Source: Octopus bimaculoides
Lineage: Eukaryota
Reading direction: 5' to 3'
Assembly (NCBI RefSeq): GCF_001194135.2
Contig: NC_068989.1
Coordinates: forward strand, 27,867,110-27,909,090
DNA: 41,981 nucleotides
The notes under the pieces were generated by a model. The model was not told the DNA's origin and ran no database searches. It saw only the letters and a list, made by a program, of their open reading frames with translations. Made by a program: the position numbers and the translations under genes. This document shows positions 12,290-23,720 of the stretch, piece after piece; position 1 is the stretch's first letter, and every line of letters begins with the position of its first letter.

Positions 12290-13193
12290 AAATATGACTA
12301 TTTGAGGTTAATGAAAAGAAATTTGGACAAATGTTTACCAAAGTTAACTCTTTCATCCCTCGAATTTAAGATAGAACCGTTCATTTTCATAACTATATAA
12401 GACTCTTCAAGGCATAAAAGGTACGTTCTATTTCTAATTCTATAAGAGGGGACAGAAGAAACAATATTCCAAGAAATTGAGAAATTTATGTTGTCTCTTT
12501 TGAGTTGCCGTATCTTTTTTAATAAAAAGTACTACTTTCTTTCCGAGGATCATTAAAAGATGATTTATGATTATTCACACGTAATTGAAGAGCGGTCTGC
12601 GTGCAGCCTATATAATGAAACCTAGAGAGATCATGTGTTTATCATTTTACATTTACCTTTAACTTCACGGGTGTTAGAATTTCTACAGTTACACTTCTTA
12701 CTAATATTAGGCTTACTATTGTTATATGTATGTGTGTTGGCAGAAGAAGAGCTTTTGTGAGTATGGGAATCGTTTGTAGAAGATACAGAGCTATGTGAAT
12801 AATTAGGTTTAGTATAAGTATTAAAGGTTAAATTCTTGTAGTAAAGATTTAGTTTTCTATTGTTAAAGGAGGAAATAATCCGAAATAAGTTAGGAGAAAC
12901 AGAAAAGCCAAATCTAATCATTCTGTTATTGAATATCCCAGCATACCTAGATTTACAAAATTTTGATTTAATAATAGAACGAATAATCTTTATAAAATTA
13001 GACTTCAAATGTTTAGCAAAAGGAAATATAATCAACATTATGTTACTATTGTATTTCTTATTTGTATGGAGGTTTTTATTAGATGGGTCACCCATTCAAA
13101 TAAAAGGTATAGATTTCTTTTTACCTCTCGTTTTAACACCATCACTATCAATGCTATTCTTATTTATTATTATTATCATTATTATTATTATTA

Positions 13194-13251
<58 letters not shown>

Positions 13252-14518
13252 AAATATATTGGACATCATTAGAGTTGGTTATGTAGTTGCGTGCGGGATT
13301 TCGAGTATGTGAAGAAATAGGAGTAGCCTTTTTTGCGAAAAGACTTTGTTACGTGTTATTATTTCCGGCTATGTTAATATGTTTTCTCGTAATGACTGCC
13401 AGTGACAGTACAATTGTTTATCTTATTAGAAATATAGGTATTGGTAGATATCTGGTTAGTAAAAGTCATGTTATTTGGTCCATAGTTGTTATAATTCTTT
13501 TTCTTTTTTATTGTGGAGTTATCTTTACAAATATACTTCATAGAAGTATATTTGTAAAGTTCTGTGTCAGGGCATTCCAATACATGATGGTGTTTAGGAA
13601 TTGTGGTGTGTTTATTGGAATTCATATCCATATAGCTCTTGTTATGATTGGAAAAATCATTGTTAAATTTGTTGTACTTAATTTCATATTCATAACCAGC
13701 ATTTCTAATAGCCAGATTGTAATAGTCTTTATGCTTATTAAAAATGTATTCATATGAAAATAATGAGTAAATTCTATTTTCAATGTTATAAGGTATGTTA
13801 TCAAAAATATTAGAAGGATGATTTCTCTGCGTATGTATATAAGTGATATTGCTATTAGGTTTATGGTATGGTTGGTAAGCTGAAGTAATGAGTTTAAAAT
13901 TTGCATCCAGAAAGTTCATAGTAGTGTGTATTCCTGCTCAATGGTGATGGTAAATCTATGGCTTTTCAAAACTTTATGTAATTTCTTCTGATATATTTTG
14001 ATTTTACGGTTGGAGGAATTTCGAACTACAAACAGAACATCATCCCTATAGAGACCACCTTAAAAATCTAAGAGTTCTTTATGGAGTAGTTTTAGTAAAT
14101 AAATCCCGACTCAGTCTGTGACTTCGGCTGAATCTTACGCGCCCATTGGTATACCAAAGCAATCTGCTGTGTCTGTTCTAGTCCAAAATTTTCTTTGGTG
14201 AATTATGGTCTTCCTTGCCTCAAGTATAACTTTTATTTCTTTCATCAATGTTAGCCCTATTCTTTGCGAAAATAAGAGCCTTATTAAGTAGAATAGGACG
14301 AATCGATTGATAATAACTATCAATGTCAAATTAGATGAATTTAGATTTCTTCTTGTCACTTAAGCATTAAAACCATTTAATAGTTTCCAGTGTCTTTGAC
14401 CACAGGTGGAATTTAATTTTAGATTTAAGGACATTCAGGTATTTATCCAGAATAAGTTTACTAAGTTTCCCATTTTCGGATCAGAATGAAAATTTGATTT
14501 ATAGTTCTTCAGGGTAAT
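12290..14518 (-). mobile_element. Penelope-like element, Naiad-like, degenerate: RT core, thumb, linker, CNCR motif and GIY-YIG endonuclease
   Basis: Minus-strand translation gives KFIKFDIDSYY, FGIPMGA*DSAEV, GGLYRDD (YRDD 14039-14050), MNFLDA..YQPYHKPNSNITYIHTQRNHPSNI..NIENRI..NAGY, GIFNNRMIRFGFSVSPNLFRIISSFN, KKCNCR, YIGCTQ..LRVNNHKSSF (YIG near 12601-12614), ISWNIV and LLCLEE..LNSRDE. Many stops and frameshifts. Confidence 0.92.
13163..13250. repeat. Near-perfect (ATT)n microsatellite inside the Naiad-like coding linker
   Basis: About 29 ATT units with two ATC interruptions. Confidence 0.98.
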
Positions 14519-16204
14519 CCTGGGTCTAGAAGGCTGGTATATATATATATTTTTTTTCGCTTTTCAATATTAATATGTATATGTATAACTCTCTATGCTT
14601 TCTTGCTACTAATCAACCAGTTACGTTAACTTCTACTATAAACACGTGGCCCTGTTTATTATACCTTGTCTCGACCTGTTACCATTTTTTAAACATACCC
14701 ATTAGCCTTTTATTCTCATTTTTATGTTATAGTTTACCGCACATATAGACTTGCATAGACATTGATATGTCTGTCTTGTTTTCTCTTCCGTCTCTCTTAC
14801 TATTGTTATTACTGTTATTTTCCCCTTTTACAACTTGCTTGTAAATATCCGATTTTTTCCCTCTTACCCCATTTACATTATCCTTTATTGTGTCTTATTT
14901 TAATTTACTTTATTTTATTAAACCTTACAAAAATTCCTCACGATAATGAAAATGACAATGCATAAATTTAATTATAATTGCTATGGTCATAATTTTATTC
15001 TTACATATTTGTATTGTCCTTTGAAATGCAGGTATGTATTGAATCCTATTTTGTATTAAATCTAATCTTGATTCAGCATCTTTTTCTCCTCCATTTTTCT
15101 ATAAGTGTTTATGGTATATTTATACCTATAGGGATATTTATAAATTATATATATATATATATAGGTTTATACATATATACATATACCTGTGAGTGCATTT
15201 CCTGTAGGACTAGTGTTGTCTCAAAATAACTGATCTACGCTAAGGTTATGATAAAGTAGGTACCGATATTAAATATTTCGTGAAGAAAGTACCAATGACA
15301 ACAGGCTAGTGACAAAGCAGTAAACTTGTAGAAATGTACTTAGACATATTATTTGACTAGTGTGTGGATAGAGGGAGGTAAAGGGTGGAAAATAAACTTC
15401 TAAAAGTTTTATTACATTAGGTTTTTTATTGAAAATTCCCATGTTTGTTAATAAATGCAGCTGGAACATTTTCTATTCGCAATAATTCCCGGCAATAAAA
15501 TGAAGGGAAAAGAAGATAGCATACTGATAGCTAGCTAACTACAGCACGATTACTTCATATTCATACCACTTGTTTTGCCTTTAATCCTTGAATACCATTT
15601 TCAGAATTATCGATTTAATGAACACTTTGGGATTTTATTTTTCATGTCTTCATATTTCCATCAAAAATCACGAAACTATTTTAAAAAATAACGAGTATGA
15701 GTTTTCAAATATCAATTAAGTTAATATACGAGATCAGATTTGTTTTGTATGGCTATACATTAAAATATTTCAAAACTAAAATACATCAAATCTTTTATTA
15801 TTATTTTTGGTTTAATTATTAGCGATATTTATTGAAACTATCGTTATAATCATTATCATCATCAGTCTCATCATCGTAATCTTCATCATATTCACCACCA
15901 ACATCACCATTTTATTGAACATTATTATATCAATATTTTTATTCAATAATATTTCTTAACAATTACTCAAATTGGATTGTAAAGCATCAACGCCTTCATT
16001 TTCTAGAATATGTTTAGTCGAAATTTCAAAATTGCTTCAGTCTTTAATTCAAGTAAATTATATTATACCTCATGTTTTTTGGGGGGGAGGTTTTCTCAAT
16101 TTTGTGTATATTTTATTTTTAGGAAAACTACTCTTTGAATTAAGGATTAATGTAACTATTGCTCCAAAAACCATATCCTAGAGTTTACTTTTACTTCATA
16201 GTTT

Positions 16205-18240
16205 CACTTTTCATAATTTCGTTCTTTCTTATTAACCACAGCTATCTTGAACTGGTCTCAGCTACCGTGCCTATCTCCTCGGTGGTCTTCTTCAGTTGTT
16301 TGGATTCCAAAGCAATCTTCTTCGTGAAATAGTGCATGAATTCTACCGGAAAGCGGCGGCAACTGACTTCAATTAAGAATGAGGTCAAGTGCCATCCCTT
16401 GGTTTTAGCTGTTGAGAAGTGTCGAGTTTATCCTAGAACACTTGAAGTTCAACCATAATGATTGTTGTTACAAGATGTCTGGCCTGAGTGATGCTACCGC
16501 TACCCACTCTGGGAAAACGTTTCTGCTTTTGGAGTTTACTTGAATATCTCAGTCTGAGGCTGAATGCAAAATAGATAATGTGATCCCTACTGTTGCTTTC
16601 GTCTTAGATTCCCTTAGGAATCCGAGAGTGTCAACTGCTGTTTGTTAGCTTAACACTGCAAGTCTGTCTCTTTGAAGATTTATGTAACTACTTTGTTCGT
16701 CTACTTGTATCGACCTTCATCCATTGCCTCAGGGCATCCAATCAAAATGTGATTCAGGTTACGCAGAGTTGTTCCATACTACTTTCAGAATGGGTCTTCC
16801 TCTTTGCTTTATATTTTAATCTTAATTGTGGTTGGCAAGAGGCCAGTGACAGCATGGGAGAGTAAGGACAACTTTCACTGGTCAGTGTTTCTGAATTCCA
16901 TTCGGGACAGTCTACATTCAGGGCATGGTCCTACTGTGTTCATTGTCCTTTGTGGTTAAATCCGGCTGCCTTTGCATGGTGACACTCTTCAGTTGAATCA
17001 CAGATACTTTGGACTGTCTCTTGCTCATGGCATCGGTATTTTCCCAATTTTTTGGCGTTATAGTTGCCAGGTCGTAAACGACTTTAACAGATTACTACAA
17101 ACGCCTGGAAATTAGTGTCGTTTATCTTTTCTTTGTTTCAGGCATTAGAGGGCGGCTATCCTGGGGCGCCGCATTGAAGAGCTTTTAGTCGAATAAAATC
17201 GACCCCAGTGCGTTTTTAAACTTGTTACTTAATCTAACGGTCTGTAACGTCGAACAACTAAGTTACAGGATCTGAAATAAACCAACACCAGTTGTCAAGC
17301 CGTGATGTGTGGCAATCACAGTCAGAAAGACACACATATACATATATGTGGGTATATAATATGTGACGAGCTTCTTTCAGTTTCTGTCTACCAAATCCTC
17401 TCACAAATTCCGAGGCTATAGCAGAAGGCTCTTGACCAAGGTGCCACACAGTGGGACTGAACTCGGCACCATATAGTTGAGAAAGAATCTTTTTACCACA
17501 TAGCCGCGCCGGAGCCTACGTTGCTACTTCCGTCACAGTTTTCTGAGGCTTCCAAATTTTGCTGTTCTTTACATTCTTGTTAACATGTCTAATTCCTTCA
17601 CCTTCAGTAGGAAAAATGTGGTGATTGCTCCTGATTTGATGGATTTGAATTATTCCACCACTGATGAAATAGTTAGGCGGCGCTTAGAGGACTTGCTGTA
17701 CGCATTGACGTGAGCTGAAATTTGGAGAAGCACCAAGCTACCTTCGCCGGAATTTCCTACCCAGCTACCCCATTGACGTTCCCGCTAGTCATGACAAAGC
17801 CATAAAGTAAAAGTTGTCACGACTGTCTGGGTATGATAGCCAATTGGAAGCCTCACACATTTGAACTGCCCTCGATCAGTTGTCTAGTTAGGTCTTGGAA
17901 GCTTTCGCATTGCCAATATCCTTAAAGGATAATCGTAATTCTGGTTAAGGCAGAATTACGATTGTAGTCGTGAGTATTGTTAGTACTTCAGCCCCTTGAA
18001 AGCTGAAAATGCCGTTAGCTGACATTCTTTAAGGATATTCAAGCCTCGAGATTTTGCTGCATACGCGACCATATGGCCGTTTTTTTCCAGCGGGCTCAAT
18101 GACCAAATTGTCCCTTCCGCTGATAATAATTGGCAGTTATGTCATCCATGAATGCCGTGAAGACAGGATACCTTGTGTTTTTAATATTTCATATCACTTC
18201 GACTGCTTTCCTCTCATTTATAGTAATAGGTTAATGACCA
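16205..18240 (-). mobile_element. Hero-like non-LTR retrotransposon (RT, CCHC region, restriction-like endonuclease), decayed and interrupted by a SINE
   Basis: Minus-strand translation gives VFTAFMDDIT (FMDD 18141-18152), KLSLLSHAVTGLLPT..SKEEDP, LNHILIGCPEAMDEGRYK*TNKVV, SLRPDIL, IIMVELQV, GWHLTSFLIEVSCRRFP and AETSSR*LWL, matching recalled Hero-clade C-terminal motifs. Confidence 0.82.
17120..17516 (-). mobile_element. tRNA-derived SINE (octopus-type, internal TA/CA tract), near full length
   Basis: Reverse complement aligns with 30269-30430 (head) and 21759-22075 (body and tail: CTGGGGTCGATTT, GATTTGGTAGACAGAAACTGAAAGAAGC). Confidence 0.88.
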
Positions 18241-18244
18241 CTAG

Positions 18245-21240
18245 CGGTTCACTACCAGTGAACTAAGGTAACACCCCTTATTTTTAGAGCACCATTCGGA
18301 GTATTCGAGCGGTTCCAAGCAGGGCTGTTTTCTGCAAGTGCTCCACCCTTATTGCAGCCCTTATTTGTTCCATGTACTTCTCAAGATTTTTACTCACTGT
18401 TCCCAGGGCTCCGACAATTATTGGTACCACTACCACCTTTTACTACCAAGCTAGCCTGTCATATCTATCGACTTTTCTTTCTTCCTTATCGCATACCTTG
18501 TCAGCTGGGCACGCTATATCTATGATCCAGCATTGTTTGCTTTCTTTTTCAATTAAGACTATGTCTGACTTCCTATTCTCTTTCTCATGGTCGCACTGAA
18601 TGATAAAATCGCACAGGATCTTTGCATTATCATTTTCGATGATGCCTTCGGGTTGTGGTCGTACCAAGTTTTTGCTCTGTCAAGTCCATACTTGTTGCAA
18701 AGTATCCAATGAACAAGCCTTGCTATATTCTTCTGGCATCTCTGAAGGTATACAACGTATCAACGAGGGAACCGAATAACAAGTTGTTGATTATTTGGTG
18801 GCGGCCTTCGAATACGTACCCAGCCTTTGCTTTCCGCAGAATCAGTGTCAATAGTATCATGCACAGTACAAAGATCAGTGGGAACAGGCAGTCCCCTTGG
18901 AAGATGCCTCTCCTGATTTCTATCGTCCCTAAGCTTTCTGGGCGAGTGGCGTACATAGGCTGGTAATATGCGATACGGTTTCACCATTTTGTGCACAGAT
19001 TCTGCACTTATCTCTTTCTGATGTGTTGTCTATTCTGTATTTTATGTACGTTATTCTTAGTGCTTGCTCTTGTGTGGCACAGATTAAATCCTACGTTTCC
19101 GGTTTTAAATAACATTTAGTCATCCATAGACATCTTTTTCCTCTGTCTGTCTTATCTTCAACATCCCTATCAAATTGTCCATGCATTCTTTCCTTTACCC
19201 ACCTATTTTCAATTTCATTCATTCCCAAGTACTTGTACGGTGCTTTATCTTTGCAATCTTCCATCCTACACACGCCTGACGTTTTTACCTCCAATAATAG
19301 TGGTTCTGGGGTATTTTTTACATAACATGGTATGTTGTTTTCTTCTGCTCTAATGCTGTATTCGCATCCAATCAGTGCTCTTACGCCTTTTTTTCTTGGT
19401 ACATACAGTCTGTCTGTGTCACTGTTTGGGTAGAGTATCCTATATTTAGTCAACAACTTCCTTCTCTTTTTGTCTAAGCTATTTAGTTCGTTTACTGGCC
19501 ATGCGATCACCCATGCTCCATATCTAAGTAGTGAAACCACCCAGGTGATGATAGTTTCAATCTTAGTCCATCTGTTTAATTTCGACTTAAGGAACAGTTT
19601 CAATCTGCACGAGTACTGCACCTTAAATTTTTCTGTCACGTCTTCCTCCTTCAATTTATCCATTTCCAATATCCTCAAGTACTTATATCCCGTCTCTTCT
19701 AACTACTTCATAACTTCCCCCGACCTTATCGCTAGCCTGTCCATATATTTGATTTTGCCTCAGTTCAAAACTAACACACAACACTTTTTCAGTCCGAACA
19801 CCATTCTGATATCAGCACTGAAGGTATACAACGTATCAACGAGGGAACCGAATAATAAGTTGTTGATTAAGTGTTGGCGGCTTTCGAAAACATACCCAGC
19901 CTTTGCTTTCCTCGGAATCCGTGTTAGTAGTATCATACACAGTACAAAGATCAGTAGGGAGAGGAAGTCCCCTTGGAAGATGCCTCTCCTGATTTCTATC
20001 GTCCCTAAACTTCTTTCATATGCTGTCAGGTCCATCCTCCACTTCACCATACTTTTCCTAAGCAATGGCTCAACATTCAATGTAATACCAAATAGGTTCA
20101 TGCGTTACATAATCCAAGAATGTGGGATCATATCATACGCCTTACGATAATCGATCCATGATGCATCTAAATAGTTTTCGTACTCTTGCAGATTCTAAGT
20201 ACAGTTTTATCTACCAGGAGTTGATCATTGGTACCTCTGCACTTACGCTTGCACCCCTTCTACTCAGGTGGCAGGACTCCATTTTTACCAGATGTCCGTA
20301 CATTGACTCTGCGACTATTCCAGTGAATAATTTCCACATAAGTGGCAAGCAGGATATCGGCCTGTAATTATCTACCGTATTGCCTTTTTCGATGTTTTTC
20401 AAGAACAGCACTGTCCAACCCATTGTCATCCACTCTGGTGTTACTTGGTGTTGAATTGTGCAGCTATTTTTGCATTCATTCACCAGATCTTTTGATCCAG
20501 TAGCCTTGAATTCCATCTGGTCCTGGGGCCTTCCAGTTGCCCATTTGTTTGCTGATTTCCTCTACCTTCCTAACTGAAATGACCAGTTATGCCTGTTTTG
20601 GACAGACTATTATTTGTTTCAGTTCTTGTAACCATTCAGCATCCTTCCTGTGCTCCTTGTCTTTACTGCAGATGTCACTCCAAAACTTCTGACTTGCAAC
20701 GTTATATGGTATCAATTTTGCATCTGGACACTCTCCATTTATTTCTTTTTAGAATCTCTTCTACCCTGAATAACCTATTCTGCTGGTCACCCTCCATTCT
20801 TTGGTTGTATCTTACCATCTTTGATTTCTTTGCAACGAGGGACAGTTTCAGTTCCACCATTACCACATACAGGCCCTTTCTTTCAATATCATACTTCCTG
20901 TTCAGTGCCCTGTATTTTTGTTCGCTTTTAAGCCCCTGCTCTTCAATTTTTGGTCTTACACAGAAATGTCCCGCGAGAGCATATATACCCCCCCCCCGCC
21001 ATATTATTCATTTCCACCATACTCCATGACCACAGCATTGATTTGTTTATTCCATCTACACCGTGTATGCTGGTGCCTTGCTGGATAATGACAGTTTGGA
21101 GTCGGACCAGTATCTCAGAGCCTGCCGGGTGTAACACTGTCACCATAAAGGGCTTCAGTTTCATTACCACGATTATTCACAATATTTTGTCTTTTTTTAT
21201 TGTCACTCATATAAGGTAGCGATTATCAGGTTGCGCAATT
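18245..21240 (-). mobile_element. R4/Dong-like non-LTR retrotransposon (RT, CCHC zinc knuckle, RLE), decayed
   Basis: Translation gives NYRPISCLPLMWKLFTGI, IEIRRGIFQGD, MVFGLKKC, LRYGA, DTDRLYVPRKKG, CRICAQNGETVSHITSLC (C-x2-C-x8-H-x4-C, about 18953-19006), KILCDFIIQCDHE..RKSDIVLIEK..IIDIACP and VPIIVGALGTV..LQKTALLGTARILR. Confidence 0.92.
18742..18932 (-). repeat. Internal 191-bp duplicate of RT segment 19818-20008
   Basis: Hand alignment shows equal length and about 17 substitutions in 191 bp. Confidence 0.95.
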
Positions 21241-21758
21241 ACCTGTGTCTTTATTGTGACACCATCACTAGAGGCATTATCAATTCATTATGATTATTAT
21301 CATCACTGATATTATTTTCATATTTTACTATTTGTATTTGTTAATATTTCCTCTGATCCGACACGAGTTTTGGCTAAATTATTATTATTATTATTATCAT
21401 TGTTATCACCATTACTATTATTATATCCATTTATTATTAAAAGGTATTATTGAATGTTGTTTAGTTTCAACTTTTGTCTTGTACTTGAGATAATCATAAA
21501 TATGTGAGTGTTTAAGGGAATAGTAGGCGAAGGAGAGACAGTTTGGTGAATAGATAAAATTCTACAGGCCTGTAAATAGATTCGTGAAGAGATCAGCAAT
21601 AGACATACCTGTGTCATAAGGAGACAAAAGCGGTCTCACACTCCTGGGCTCAGCAGAGGTCAAACGTGCCTACCACTACTAACTATCAACGAGACCGCTG
21701 ATCTTCGTCTTGAAATNNNNNNNNNNNNNNNNNNNNNNNNNNNNNNNNNNNNNNNNNN

Positions 21759-22095
21759 GTCTCGGGCCGACCAAAGCCTTGTGAGTGGATTTGGTAGACA
21801 GAAAACTGAAAGAAGCCCGTCTTATATATGTATATATATATATATATATACGTGTGTGTGTCGGTGGGTGGGTGGGTGTGTATGTTTGTGCGTCTGTGTT
21901 TGGTCCCCCTAACATCGCTTGACAACCGATGCTGGTGTGTTTACGCCCCCGTAACTTAGTGGTTCGGCAAAAGAGACAGATAGAATAAGTACTAGGCTAC
22001 TGGGGTCGATTTGCTCGACCAAAGGGGGTGCCCAGCATGGCCACAGTCAAATCACTGAAACAAGTAAAAGAGTAAAGAGAGAGAGAGAGAGAGAG
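21759..22095 (+). mobile_element. tRNA-derived SINE (same family as 17120-17516); head lost in the gap; ends in (GA)n
   Basis: CTCGGGCCGACCAAAGCCTTGTGAGTGGATTTGGTAGAC, an internal (TA)/(TG) tract, TTGACAACCGATGCTGGTGTG and the tail CCAGCATGGCCACAGTCAAATCACTGAAACAAGTAAAAGA. Confidence 0.9.
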
Positions 22096-22121
22096 TATAC
22101 ACTCATGTTCACATCGTTGAA

Positions 22122-22266
22122 TTTTTGAATTTCTGAATTTTTAAAAACATTTTTCTTTTGTCTTTATAAGCTTTGCCGTAGTTTACAGTTTTTGAATTTC
22201 TGAATTTTTAAAAACATTTTTCTTTTGTCTTTATAAGCTTTGCCGTAGTTTACAGTTTTTGAATTT
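22122..22266. repeat. Perfect tandem duplication, 67-bp unit, about 2.2 copies
   Basis: Unit TTTTTGAATTTCTG...GTAGTTTACAG starts at 22122, 22189 and partially at 22256. Confidence 0.93.
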
Positions 22267-23347
22267 GTGTAGTGTGAATATATNNNNNNNNNNNNNNNNN
22301 NNNNNNNNNNNNNNNNNNNNNNNNNNNNNNNNNNNNNNNNNNNNNNNNNNNNNNNNNNNNNNNNNNNNNNNNNNNNNNNNNNNNNNNNNNNNNNNNNNNN
22401 NNNNNNNNNNNNNNNNNNNNNNNNNNNNNNNNNNNNNNNNNNNNNNNNNNNNNNNNNNNNNNNNNNNNNNNNNNNNNNNNNNNNNNNNNNNNNNNNNNNN
22501 NNNNNNNNNNNNNNNNNNNNNNNNNNNNNNNNNNNNNNNNNNNNNNNNNNNNNNNNNNNNNNNNNNNNNNNNNNNNNNNNNNNNNNNNNNNNNNNNNNNN
22601 NNNNNNNNNNNNNNNNNNNNNNNNNNNNNNNNNNNNNNNNNNNNNNNNNNNNNNNNNNNNNNNNNNNNNNNNNNNNNNNNNNNNNNNNNNNNNNNNNNNN
22701 NNNNNNNNNNNNNNNNNNNNNNNNNNNNNNNNNNNNNNNNNNNNNNNNNNNNNNNNNNNNNNNNNNNNNNNNNNNNNNNNNNNNNNNNNNNNNNNNNNNN
22801 NNNNNNNNNNNNNNNNNNNNNNNNNNNNNNNNNNNNNNNNNNNNNNNNNNNNNNNNNNNNNNNNNNNNNNNNNNNNNNNNNNNNNNNNNNNNNNNNNNNN
22901 NNNNNNNNNNNNNNNNNNNNNNNNNNNNNNNNNNNNNNNNNNNNNNNNNNNNNNNNNNNNNNNNNNNNNNNNNNNNNNNNNNNNNNNNNNNNNNNNNNNN
23001 NNNNNNNNNNNNNNNNNNNNNNNNNNNNNNNNNNNNNNNNNNNGTTGGGTTTTTTTTTTTTACATTTTCAAATACTCGGGGAGAAAGGAAAGGATATATC
23101 TGCACAGAAATTGTAGATATTAGAATTTTTTAAATTGATCATTTGTGTTTTCGAAAACTTAATTATTTAAGTTTCTTAAATTATTTTGAGGGTAATTTAA
23201 AATACTCACAGGAAATTGTAGATATTCTAGTCTTTGAGAGTTATTTTTCAGTTGCCCTGCTGGGTTGTATTAGTGTTTCTGTGTTTTCGGCTGTTGACTG
23301 GTCAGAACAGCGAAGAACACGTCCAGCCGTTCTCAAGTCTGGCGCTC

Positions 23348-23720
23348 TATTATTATTATTATTATTATTAGTTTTCCGTCGTTGCCGACGATAAGTAAGG
23401 ACATTACATGGGAAAAGAAAACGGGGCATGGTGTCCATTTGTGGCCAATCAGTTCGATGCGTGCTCGAAAGGCTCTTCCTGTTCTGTTTTGTTCATTGGA
23501 GGTGGCACCTCTATTGGTGCAATTTTATCAGGCAGATCGGCTTGGCTCTATCAAGTACGTGAGATTTTAAGTGTGTCATTGAAGCGCTTTTTGGCTTCGC
23601 TTTTTTTGCATGTGCTTGCCTTCCGCCAGTTCGCTGTAAAGTATTCTCAGTGTCAGACATTCGAAAAAGGTGGCCTGACCACCTGATTTACACTCTCTTC
23701 TACAGTGTGTAAATAGTTCA
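23348..23720 (-). mobile_element. RTE-BovB-like LINE 3' end with an (AAT)n tail
   Basis: Minus-strand translation gives TIYTL..IRWSGHLFRMSDT..LYSELAEGK..KKRFNDTLK and FRARIELIGH, followed by a short 3' UTR and an (AAT)n tail at 23348-23370. Confidence 0.88.

Noticed and set aside
12860-13757. Hydrophobic plus-strand ORFs resembling a GPCR or chemoreceptor
   Set aside because: They are antisense to the Penelope RT thumb and linker; the poly-Ile run is the (ATT)n repeat, and no receptor motifs are present.
12290-14518. Selenocysteine (UGA) recoding, known for some Naiad elements
   Set aside because: Cys positions of the CxCR motifs use TGT/TGC or are mutated to other codons in all three copies. 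In-frame TGAs fall where Trp, Gly or Arg is expected, alongside TAA/TAG stops and frameshifts, and I recognised no SECIS.
14520-15200. Possible inverted 3' UTR/pLTR at the 5' truncation of the Naiad-like element
   Set aside because: Similarity to the reverse complement of 12240-12300 is limited to short AT-rich words and cannot be supported without alignment.
21585-21707. Small inverted repeat AGCGGTCTC/GAGACCGCT with GATCAGC/GCTGATC
   Set aside because: The arms are too short and interrupted to distinguish from chance.
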